Positions 10,979-18,466 of a DNA stretch of 64,000 nucleotides are shown one piece after another (positions within the stretch are counted from its first letter, which is position 1; each line of letters opens with the position of its first letter). The stretch covers positions 25,613 to 89,612 of the forward strand of contig CANIAP010000004.1 in NCBI GenBank assembly GCA_947465765.1, written 5' to 3'. Under the pieces are notes generated by a model. It was not told the origin of the DNA. It searched no databases and worked only from the letters and a program-made list of their open reading frames with translations. The translations under genes were made by a program, and so were the position numbers. This DNA comes from a bacterium. GTDB taxonomy: Bacteria; Margulisbacteria; Marinamargulisbacteria; SXXA01.

Positions 10979-11845
10979 CTAGCCCGGGATCTTTTGAATT
11001 AACGCTGACAAAATACGATTGACGTCATCAATGACCCCCTGGATGGCCGTAAATCCCCGATTGAGGAGCGCCATATCCAAAGCAACCTTGGCCACGTCGA
11101 TATTCGATGATTCCAATCGCTCTCCCAAAATTTCGCCATAGCTCCCTCCGCCCGCCACGTTCGGCGTCAAAGGCTCACCCGACGCAGCAGTTGCCATATA
11201 TGCAGCCCCTTCGCCAATGACCAGGCCTTGTTTGTTCGCGAATGACGTCAATGCAATACGATAGATCGGTACTTCAGGAGGAACATTCGTAGAGCCGGCA
11301 GAAATCGCATCTTTATTCGCTTGAAATCCACGCACCAAAACCCCGCCATCGATAAACCCAATATCGGTATTCCCGTCCGTTTGAATAGGGACCAATTCCC
11401 CAGATTCAGACTCACCCGCCGAATTCAATTTGTATCCATACACTTTCCTGCCAAACGCATCCGTCAAATATTTATTTCCAAAATCGACCTGAAATCTCCC
11501 CGACCGAGAAAACACTTTCGAGGACCCCCCTTCGAATTCCTGTGCGGACCGGGATAACATAAAAAATCCCTCCCCCACAATGGATGCATCCAAAGCTGTG
11601 CCAAAGCCAATGTTTCCTTGGCTAAAATCAGTTGTCGTCGAGCCTAATGTCATCGAACCGGCGATGGTTATCGGATTCTTAGTATCAGTACCCGCAGACA
11701 CCTTAGTGTTAAATACTGTGGTAAAGGATGCGTAAGTATACTTAAAGCCCGGAGTATTAAAGTTATCCGCATTGGAAATTCCAATACGTAGCGCCTGGGT
11801 TAATCCCCCAATTGAATTTTGAATATTTTTATATAAATCAAACAT
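10979..11845 (-). CDS. flagellar basal-body rod / hook family protein (FlgE/F/G-like), divergent
   Basis: These segments follow the block order of E. coli FlgG as I recall it: N-terminal GLTQALRIGISNADNFNTPGFKY; SQGNIGFGTALDASIVGEGFFML; FSRSGRFQVDFGNKYLTDAFGRKVYGY; IYRIALTSFANKQGLVIGEGAAYMAT; C-terminal LESSNIDVAKVALDMALLNRGFTAIQGVIDDVNRIL. GGGAGAAG SD upstream. Confidence 0.8.
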   Translation of the reverse strand: MFDLYKNIQNSIGGLTQALRIGISNADNFNTPGFKYTYASFTTVFNTKVSAGTDTKNPITIAGSMTLGSTTTDFSQGNIGFGTALDASIVGEGFFMLSRSAQEFEGGSSKVFSRSGRFQVDFGNKYLTDAFGRKVYGYKLNSAGESESGELVPIQTDGNTDIGFIDGGVLVRGFQANKDAISAGSTNVPPEVPIYRIALTSFANKQGLVIGEGAAYMATAASGEPLTPNVAGGGSYGEILGERLESSNIDVAKVALDMALLNRGFTAIQGVIDDVNRILSALIQKIPG

Positions 11846-11944
11846 CAGATTTCACTTCTCCCATCGTGTTAAGATCCCCCAACCATACAGGCATTACAGT
11901 TCAATCGGCTACTTTCGGTATAAATAATGTATCGAAAAAACACA

Positions 11945-13747
11945 CTATGCCGCCTCAACAATCGCACCATCCGAACTATCAACGGCTCGCCGCGATTGAT
12001 CGGGCTTCACGTCTTCGGCAATGGACGACTCTTTCCTCAATCGCTGCAATATCCCCAATAGTTGCTTTCGTTTCTGGGACAACGCTTTATTTGACGGTGC
12101 ATTTTCAAGTATCGCATCTATTTTTAGAAACTCTTCTTTTACCACAGAAAACATCCCTCGATTGATTTGATCCCGCATCCCATTAAATTCGTCTTTTGGA
12201 ACCGAGGCATTGAGTCGCTTTAATCCGCGCAGGGCCTTTTTAAGCTTGGCACGAAGCAAATCAAATGCGGGACCTTCCAAAGCCGGAAGCGCCGCCCGTT
12301 CCTCCAATGATTCCCGCAGCAAATCGATTAATTTAATCTTGGCCAACGCCTCGCCTTCACGCTCAATGTCCGACAACTCGATATCCGTGATGCCGCCTCC
12401 CTTTTTGAGCTTTCCTCGAAGCCGAGCAATTTTATAACGAACCTCGATCGAACCCAGAATGTCCGTACGAATGGCACGCTGAATCACCAATCGACGCAAC
12501 TGGTCCGTCATGACATCGGGATCCAATTCCAAGGATTGCGGCTGCCCACCGCGACCTTGGCCCCGCGCATCCGTATCCATTTGCCCCCGAGTAGCCTCCG
12601 GTGGAACAAAATGGGACAACCCCAAATTGTCCATTTTTTTACCCAGTTCCTTCATGTATGTTCCTGCATCAAATTTTACAACCGCCGCCAATTCGTTAAA
12701 CTTATTAAAGGCCGCGACAAGATCCTTAAACGGGGCCCCTTTTGTTTTTTCACGAATCAAGGTGTGATCCAATTCATCCGCCACAAATGCACCCAGCTCC
12801 CGCTTTGACTGATCTTTGAGCGACCTAAGATCCTCCTCATCCGCCAAAATTCCCGTATCCAACCCCATCTCTTCCAACACCTTATACTGCTTACTACTCG
12901 CCAACAGTTCTGGGGTCAGTTTGTCTGAATACGACAAGGCAAATTGGGCAAATCCCTTTTTTATCTTTTCCTTCAAGTCACACCGAACAAAAGACGACAC
13001 CCGTGACTGGACTTCGGATAAGCGCTTATTGGACACCCCATACATTTGCAACCGTTCCCGCAGTTCTGCAACCTCCTGCTTTTTCCCGGGGGATTGCTGA
13101 ATCAGATCTTCTGAAAAGGCCGAGACATACTGACGCATCGTCTCATGAATTCGAGCATCCCGATCCGCCGATTTTGTTCCTTCCGCCATCCCGGACTGCT
13201 GAAGCTGTCCACTCGATGCCGCTGGGGACATGGGCCGGGATCCATTACTCAGCCGCTTCTCGATTCGATCCAAAACAGTTTCATCCTGTGGGTCCTTGGA
13301 CCCCATCTCTTGAAAGACATCTTTCGCCTTTGATGACGCCCGTTTAATTTCGTCCTTATTAAACACAGCGGTCGATGCCGACAACACCACGGTATCGGAT
13401 GACTTGTCTTCAAATTCCTGTTTAAACAATTTTTCAACATCGGCATTCAACCGTGACTGCACCTGCTGGCGATATTCCACTTGCTCCTTAAAATGTTTTG
13501 ATCCCGCCAATTTTTCGGCAAAATTCTCCAAAATATCCTTAGGCTCAGTCATTTCATTGATCAGGGAAATTGAGGTGGGAGTAGTGGACTTGTTGGCCTT
13601 TGCCGTTTCGTCTTTATTGCCGCGCTGCCCGCCTCCGCCGCCTTTGCCACGTTTAAGCCCGTCTTTAAGATAATTTTTTAGCGAATCTGGTTTATCCGCC
13701 ATCTGGCTTCGACCTGGAACCGCCCCTACATTATGTGCACCTAGCAT
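11945..13747 (-). CDS. hypothetical protein, 600 aa, charged and helical, no signal peptide or TM helix
   Basis: Long ORF with a strong SD (GGAGGTG, 4 nt before ATG 13747). Low-complexity N-terminus (KRGKGGGGGQRGNKDE). No family recognised. Confidence 0.6.
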   Translation of the reverse strand: MLGAHNVGAVPGRSQMADKPDSLKNYLKDGLKRGKGGGGGQRGNKDETAKANKSTTPTSISLINEMTEPKDILENFAEKLAGSKHFKEQVEYRQQVQSRLNADVEKLFKQEFEDKSSDTVVLSASTAVFNKDEIKRASSKAKDVFQEMGSKDPQDETVLDRIEKRLSNGSRPMSPAASSGQLQQSGMAEGTKSADRDARIHETMRQYVSAFSEDLIQQSPGKKQEVAELRERLQMYGVSNKRLSEVQSRVSSFVRCDLKEKIKKGFAQFALSYSDKLTPELLASSKQYKVLEEMGLDTGILADEEDLRSLKDQSKRELGAFVADELDHTLIREKTKGAPFKDLVAAFNKFNELAAVVKFDAGTYMKELGKKMDNLGLSHFVPPEATRGQMDTDARGQGRGGQPQSLELDPDVMTDQLRRLVIQRAIRTDILGSIEVRYKIARLRGKLKKGGGITDIELSDIEREGEALAKIKLIDLLRESLEERAALPALEGPAFDLLRAKLKKALRGLKRLNASVPKDEFNGMRDQINRGMFSVVKEEFLKIDAILENAPSNKALSQKRKQLLGILQRLRKESSIAEDVKPDQSRRAVDSSDGAIVEAA

Positions 13748-13785
13748 TTAACACCTCCATCACAATCGTCCGCCCGCTGAGGCGA

Positions 13786-14043
13786 CTACGCTTCGCTGCC
13801 CTTTGCTTTATCAGGATCAATTAATTGAACCCCAATTGCCAACAGCTTCTCTTCTTCTTCACTCATTCGCACTAATTTATCCAACTGTTTATTGCGTTTC
13901 TTCAATCGCAGTTCTGCTCGCCCAATATACGCATCCAATTTCCGAATCTTCTGCCCCAGCTCAAAAATATTAATCTGAGGGTCAAAGTCTGACGACGGCG
14001 CCCCTTCTGGATTAGCCATTGAGTGACTTAAAATAAAATTCAT
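13786..14043 (-). CDS. hypothetical small coiled-coil protein (85 aa; 77 aa if it starts at ATG 14019)
   Basis: ORF in operon context. ATG 14019 overlaps the upstream stop by 8 nt (ATGGCTAA); ATG 14043 overlaps by 32 nt. Heptad-like segment KIRKLDAYIGRAELRLKKRNKQLDKLVRMSEEEEKLL. The start is uncertain. Confidence 0.45.
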   Translation of the reverse strand: MNFILSHSMANPEGAPSSDFDPQINIFELGQKIRKLDAYIGRAELRLKKRNKQLDKLVRMSEEEEKLLAIGVQLIDPDKAKGSEA

Positions 14044-14857
14044 ACTGATACATCAAATTCTCACGTTCCTTTTGAAACTCTTCCTTAATTCGTCGTACCT
14101 GACGCACTTGTTCTTCATAAATCCGGCGATCATTCCAATACTCTTTTTGACCCAGCGCGCTCATTTGCCCCATGAGCTGACGTTGAATTTCCTTAAACAT
14201 CTTTAAATTTCGCCGATTCTTTTTCCCATTTCCGTAGACCAACTCCGTTAATTCCATGCTGTAGATGCTCTCTTCCATCAACTGGACATTCTCCGCCACC
14301 GCATCTTCAATCGCTTTCATCTGGATCGCCGACAACTCTTGGGGTTCCACCCCGAGCAACCCAAGCAATCGTACCAACATCCCCACCTTAAATTCGGCAT
14401 ACTTTGACACAAAAAAATTGGACGACCGTGATTGCACCACACTCTGCATTAGCGATTGCTTCATCTGCCCCAGTCGATCATTTAAATCAATTTTGTATCC
14501 AATAGCTCCCACTGAATCCACGTGGCGACTTTTGATATCTACCGTTGTTGGAATCGACGGCTCGACCTGGGACGACAATTCAAAGTCCCCAGAATTCCCA
14601 CGCTCCCATCGAAATGATCGAATGCTCACGGAATCGTTAAACCCAAGCTTGGGTGAGAACGACTCACCAGCGGCGCTTTTTGTCACCGCCACAACGCGAT
14701 GCTGATCTTCCACCACATCACGCTCACCGGGATCTTGACGCGCCACCGTCTGTGCCACCCGACGATCTTTAATATCGCGCTGTAGCTTTTGATAATATTC
14801 ATTGCCAAGTATTTGAGATACCTGGTCCGATTCATTTGCGCCGACCTGCTGTGTCAC
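14012..14857 (-). CDS. hypothetical protein, 281 aa, no signal peptide or TM helix
   Basis: GTG start at 14857, 29 nt after the upstream stop. C-terminal third is charged and helical (RRIYEEQVRQVRRIKEEFQKERENLMYQYEF). No family recognised. Confidence 0.55.
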   Translation of the reverse strand: MTQQVGANESDQVSQILGNEYYQKLQRDIKDRRVAQTVARQDPGERDVVEDQHRVVAVTKSAAGESFSPKLGFNDSVSIRSFRWERGNSGDFELSSQVEPSIPTTVDIKSRHVDSVGAIGYKIDLNDRLGQMKQSLMQSVVQSRSSNFFVSKYAEFKVGMLVRLLGLLGVEPQELSAIQMKAIEDAVAENVQLMEESIYSMELTELVYGNGKKNRRNLKMFKEIQRQLMGQMSALGQKEYWNDRRIYEEQVRQVRRIKEEFQKERENLMYQYEFYFKSLNG

Positions 14858-14886
14858 AATTTCACCACCGTTACCGCAAAATCAAG

Positions 14887-17334
14887 CTACTTTTTCGAAC
14901 CCGCTCTCTCTTGAGATTCCCTACGTGCACGCTCTTCTTGCATCCGCTTATTTGCTTCGGCTTCCTGACGCATTCGCTCTTCCCTTGCGCGTTGAATTTG
15001 GAGTTGTTCGTCTTGGCGGCGTTGATTTTGAGACTCAATTTCCTTGATTACCCGTTGAATTTCACTCAACTGATAATCGTCCTTCGCTACCTCATAGTCG
15101 TCCTTCTTTTGACGATGTTGATTACGTTCCATTGAGTTGGTCGCATTCCGACCAAACATTGCTACCGCAACAGTATGAATAACTTTACCCTGTAATTTAT
15201 CCGCCACAGATTTCCATTCCGGGCTGTCAAACAGTTGTCGATCATAAAGGGAATCAATGGACAGCCGATAATTAGAACTCTTATCGGTAATCATATTAAC
15301 CGAATCAGTGGACCCCGAATTATCAACCAACATCCGAAAAGGAACCCCCCCTTCTTTTTTAACATCCGGACCGAATGTCCCAACCACTGGCTCTAACAAC
15401 GCCATCAATACCCGAATCTGATCTTTAAATGCAGATGCATCTTTTGGCGTATCAAACGTCATTGTTACGGGCCCCTGTTTCTGGATCCATCCCGACTTAT
15501 TATCCCATTCCTTCCAAGACCCGTCCGACGACACCGTCACTTTCAGACGAGAGCCCTCCGTTCTCGTCACCACTTTGCCATTCGAATCATTACTCTTATC
15601 GAGTCCCGTCATGATCGAATGCATATCAAACAACGTGTTATAGACCATCTGCGCATTCTTCACTTGATCGTAAGGGGTATTCACACCTCTCAACATATCA
15701 ATCAATTCAGGCAATGTTCTCATCGACCCGTCCGCTGCGGGCACGCGAATATCCGACCGCTTAAGCCCCCCCACCAATGTCTTATCCTGAATATCCAAAC
15801 TAAACGCGCCCACCGCCGACTGACGCAACACATCTCGAACCCGCTTCTTTTCGCCCTCACTAAAATTAATCGCCAAATTAAATTTAGGGTCCGAAGGATC
15901 AAATTTAGACGTTAACTTACCGGAAGCATCCAAATACCCCTTGTCCTTTAAATCATTAAAAATAGACTGTCCCAACTTGGGATTTTCTGCCCCAATCAGG
16001 GCTGGCGTCACCCGGCTATCTCCTTGGAATTTGTTGAACACATAATTCTTTGTCGCATAATTAAGATACCCGCTAATCATCTGGTTCTTAAACCCAAACG
16101 AATCCCCTTGTTTGTTCAATTGAATCCGACCTTCAATCTGGTCCGCCCAATTGCCCCAATCTTTCATGGTTTGCATTAATGGAGTAAACGACGCCAACAA
16201 TCCAAAAGGAAGGACTTCAGCCTCATTCAACCCTTTTCCCACATTGCTCCACCACCGATCCACATTGTCCATCATTTTGGTGGTTCGCTTTGAATTGTCC
16301 GCCATCAAATCTACTGCCGATTTCCCTGAAACGGAATCGGAATTGGACGAAATAGGCGCATCGGACGCCTTTCCAACGACTTCACGAAGAACGTCATCCA
16401 CCCGAGTAGATGCTTCCCATAATCGATTGACGAATGAAAACATTTTGGAATCATCCCAAGTCGTCCACAACTGAGAGCTGACTATCGTGTGGAAATTCGC
16501 AGTGATATCAAATGTTTTGGATTTATTATCACTATACGGATCTGCGACACCCTCCCAATTGAGTCCAAAGTGATTTTTCCCATAGGGGTTTTTAAATTTA
16601 TTGAGTTGATCAAGGGGCAATGTGGACACATTGGTTCCTTCAATCGAAGTGACACCATCGTTAATCATCGACCAAAATTTAGGGTCTAATTTTTCCAAAA
16701 TATTTCGAGGCGTCATCGACTGATCGTGCAACGCACTAAAATAGGGGCTTTTTTGAAACCGTTGATAGTTGACGGTATCTCCCTCCTTAATGGGATTCGA
16801 ACCGATCCCATGAAATAAATTCAAATTGTGAGGAGATGTCGATTCCTTCCCGACATCCTCTCCGATCAAGTCATAAAACTGTTGCGAATACAACTGGTCC
16901 TCGATGGTCTGGACATCCTTTGACTGAGTGTATTGAGGCTTTAAAACCCCGGGTAAATACATATAATCAGAATCTTTAACCCGTTCAAAATTAAAGGTTG
17001 AATTCAGCTGGTCCGCATTTGCCAAAATATCTTGAGGCAACATACTAAGCCCCTCGTAAATTTTGGATACTTGCCGCTGCCCCATAATTTGGCGGCCTTT
17101 TTTTTCATTGTAATTGGCGATTTCCCCCGGAGTCATCCCCGACTGTTGAAGGTTAAAACTTCGACCTAGCGTTGAATTCACCTGTTTCGAAACATCTTGA
17201 AAACTCTGCCCTTGGCTTACCCCGTAGTAATGAGATCCGTCCTCGACGTCCAACAATTTCCTTGCTCGAGGATCAACTTGAGGAGGAAGCATCGTCGGCT
17301 TAATTTTTTCCTGGAATGGGTCGATATCAAACAT
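14887..17334 (-). CDS. hypothetical protein, 815 aa, with an SLH-reminiscent motif and an E/R/Q-rich C-terminal tail; no signal peptide or TM helix
   Basis: Uninterrupted ORF with SD GGGAGAGGTG 4 nt before ATG 17334. Residues 458-480, IFNDLKDKGYLDASGKLTSKFDP, match residues 778-800 of the giant protein. The last ~85 aa are almost entirely E/R/Q/K. Confidence 0.7.
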   Translation of the reverse strand: MFDIDPFQEKIKPTMLPPQVDPRARKLLDVEDGSHYYGVSQGQSFQDVSKQVNSTLGRSFNLQQSGMTPGEIANYNEKKGRQIMGQRQVSKIYEGLSMLPQDILANADQLNSTFNFERVKDSDYMYLPGVLKPQYTQSKDVQTIEDQLYSQQFYDLIGEDVGKESTSPHNLNLFHGIGSNPIKEGDTVNYQRFQKSPYFSALHDQSMTPRNILEKLDPKFWSMINDGVTSIEGTNVSTLPLDQLNKFKNPYGKNHFGLNWEGVADPYSDNKSKTFDITANFHTIVSSQLWTTWDDSKMFSFVNRLWEASTRVDDVLREVVGKASDAPISSNSDSVSGKSAVDLMADNSKRTTKMMDNVDRWWSNVGKGLNEAEVLPFGLLASFTPLMQTMKDWGNWADQIEGRIQLNKQGDSFGFKNQMISGYLNYATKNYVFNKFQGDSRVTPALIGAENPKLGQSIFNDLKDKGYLDASGKLTSKFDPSDPKFNLAINFSEGEKKRVRDVLRQSAVGAFSLDIQDKTLVGGLKRSDIRVPAADGSMRTLPELIDMLRGVNTPYDQVKNAQMVYNTLFDMHSIMTGLDKSNDSNGKVVTRTEGSRLKVTVSSDGSWKEWDNKSGWIQKQGPVTMTFDTPKDASAFKDQIRVLMALLEPVVGTFGPDVKKEGGVPFRMLVDNSGSTDSVNMITDKSSNYRLSIDSLYDRQLFDSPEWKSVADKLQGKVIHTVAVAMFGRNATNSMERNQHRQKKDDYEVAKDDYQLSEIQRVIKEIESQNQRRQDEQLQIQRAREERMRQEAEANKRMQEERARRESQERAGSKK

Positions 17335-17347
17335 GTAACACCTCTCC

Positions 17348-17674
17348 CTATTGTAATCCCCAAAGCTTCTTCTCGTTACCTAATCCTAATTTCGAAAGAC
17401 CACTCATGGATTCCTTACTTGTTTCCAAGGTTTCCATATAAATCTGAATCGCCAACAATCCCCCTGTGGAATCCAACGACGCGAGCTGACCCGTCTGCAG
17501 CCTCACTTTACCGCTATTAATTAATGAGCTTTGAACACGGGACATTTCATCATAAAAATCGCGCTGGGCCCGATACTCTCCATAAGGAAAATCATAAATC
17601 GTACTTACTTTATGCAGGTTAACCAGCGCCACCAACGACCGCCCCGCAAGCTCAAATTCCTGTAAAGCTACCAT
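17348..17674 (-). CDS. hypothetical small protein (108 aa), paralogue of the adjacent 112-aa gene
   Basis: AAGGAG 7 nt before the ATG. Shares YDFPYGEYRAQRDFYDEMSRVQ and LLAIQIYMETLETSKES with the upstream paralogue. Confidence 0.6.
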   Translation of the reverse strand: MVALQEFELAGRSLVALVNLHKVSTIYDFPYGEYRAQRDFYDEMSRVQSSLINSGKVRLQTGQLASLDSTGGLLAIQIYMETLETSKESMSGLSKLGLGNEKKLWGLQ

Positions 17675-17688
17675 AATTAGGCTCCTTT

Positions 17689-18027
17689 CTACTGACTATA
17701 CAAATTAGTCAGAGAACTATATTCCACTTTAAGACCTTTTCGCCCCAACCCAAGAACGCCCTCTTTGGCCCCTTCTAAACTCGACATATAGGTTTGCAAG
17801 GCCAACATATCGCCCGGCTTTTCCATCGACCAGATTTTGCCATTAACCTCGATTTCCTTGCCCGAAACAACGTCCTGCTGAATACGACTCAATTCAGAAT
17901 AAAAGCCGCGAGAGTAGAGATAATTGCCATACGCAAAATCATACCGAGGGGACGAAACATTTCCAGTCCCATAAAGGGCTAGAGTCCCTTGCTCTAACGA
18001 AATCTTAACGCCGCCTAAATCAGCCAT
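17689..18027 (-). CDS. hypothetical small protein (112 aa), paralogue of the adjacent 108-aa gene
   Basis: GAGG 8 nt before the ATG. YDFAYGNYLYSRGFYSELSRIQ and MLALQTYMSSLEGAKEG align with the downstream paralogue. Confidence 0.6.
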   Translation of the reverse strand: MADLGGVKISLEQGTLALYGTGNVSSPRYDFAYGNYLYSRGFYSELSRIQQDVVSGKEIEVNGKIWSMEKPGDMLALQTYMSSLEGAKEGVLGLGRKGLKVEYSSLTNLYSQ

Positions 18028-18046
18028 ACCACTCGCCTCTTTTCAG

Positions 18047-18075
18047 TATATAAAATCGAGGTTCAAATCTACCAA
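18047..18075 (-). promoter_or_regulatory. candidate sigma70-type promoter for the 112-aa gene and the operon behind it
   Basis: On the minus strand, TTGGTA (18075-18070), a 17-nt spacer, then TATATA (18052-18047). It lies between the 88-aa gene terminator and ATG 18027. The predicted leader would be very short, which lowers confidence. Confidence 0.3.
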
Positions 18076-18104
18076 CGCCCACGTCAGCACAATTGAACCG
18101 CGAG

Positions 18105-18141
18105 AAAAAAAAACCCCGCCACCGGGATCGGTGGCGGGGTT
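18105..18141 (-). terminator. strong rho-independent terminator of the 88-aa gene
   Basis: Minus-strand transcript: AACCCCGCCACC-gauccc-GGUGGCGGGGUU followed by U9. Perfect 10-bp GC-rich stem (18114-18123 / 18130-18139), 6-nt loop, starting 6 nt after stop 18147-18149. Confidence 0.85.
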
Positions 18142-18146
18142 GATCA

Positions 18147-18413
18147 CTAACCTGCCGCTTGCTTAACTGCTTGAGCTGCTGTTTTAACTGCTTTTGAAAC
18201 GTTGTTCGGAAGACCTTGCTTGACTTGGTACATTGTTTCCGCTTCAGTAATTTCTAACTGAGACTTAACCATTGTTCCTAGTGAAGTACCGGTGGAAGCG
18301 GCACCCGAATCAATCGTATCACGAATCTTTGTCATATCAGCGGTGTAATCGTTCCCCGCCGCTTGTGCTGCGGAAGTCCGGTCTGCTGAGGTTTCTAACT
18401 TTAGTGCTGCCAT
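18147..18413 (-). CDS. hypothetical 88-aa Ala/Thr/Gln-rich helical-hairpin protein (monocistronic)
   Basis: AAGGAG 8 nt before the ATG, and a dedicated terminator. No Cys, Trp, His or Phe, and one Pro. Two predicted helices flank a Gly/Ser/Thr turn (DSGAASTGTSLG). Confidence 0.65.
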   Translation of the reverse strand: MAALKLETSADRTSAAQAAGNDYTADMTKIRDTIDSGAASTGTSLGTMVKSQLEITEAETMYQVKQGLPNNVSKAVKTAAQAVKQAAG

Positions 18414-18466
18414 TTTATTTGCTCCTTTTAAATACGTCTTTCATATCCCGCTATCGAGGATTTCAA

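Noticed and set aside
11902-11909. Sigma-28-like -10 boxes: GCCGATTG (minus strand, upstream of the FlgG-like gene) and TCCGATAA at 51884-51891 (upstream of OTU-like paralogue 1).
   Set aside because: Neither has a convincing TAAA -35 element at the 15-nt spacing. An 8-mer with one or two mismatches allowed is expected by chance about once in the ~2.5 kb of intergenic DNA here. This is worth re-testing only if a fliA gene is found in the genome.
17348-18027. The idea that the tandem ~110-aa paralogues are a WXG100 (EsxA/EsxB) pair of a type VII system.
   Set aside because: There is no W-x-G turn (the only Trp is in IWSMEKPG), no C-terminal YxxxD/E-type signal that I can see, and no EssC/FtsK-type ATPase nearby.
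11945-18413. A size and order analogy to a late flagellar operon: flgM (88 aa) - flgN - flgK (large) - flgL (~290 aa) - ... - fliD.
   Set aside because: Only the gene sizes match. The 815-, 281- and 600-aa proteins lack the axial N-terminal (ANNxAN..T.GY) and C-terminal heptad signatures of FlgK/FlgL and any FliD-like features. The 88-aa protein does not resemble FlgM as I recall it. I keep this as an alternative to be tested by profile search, not as a call.
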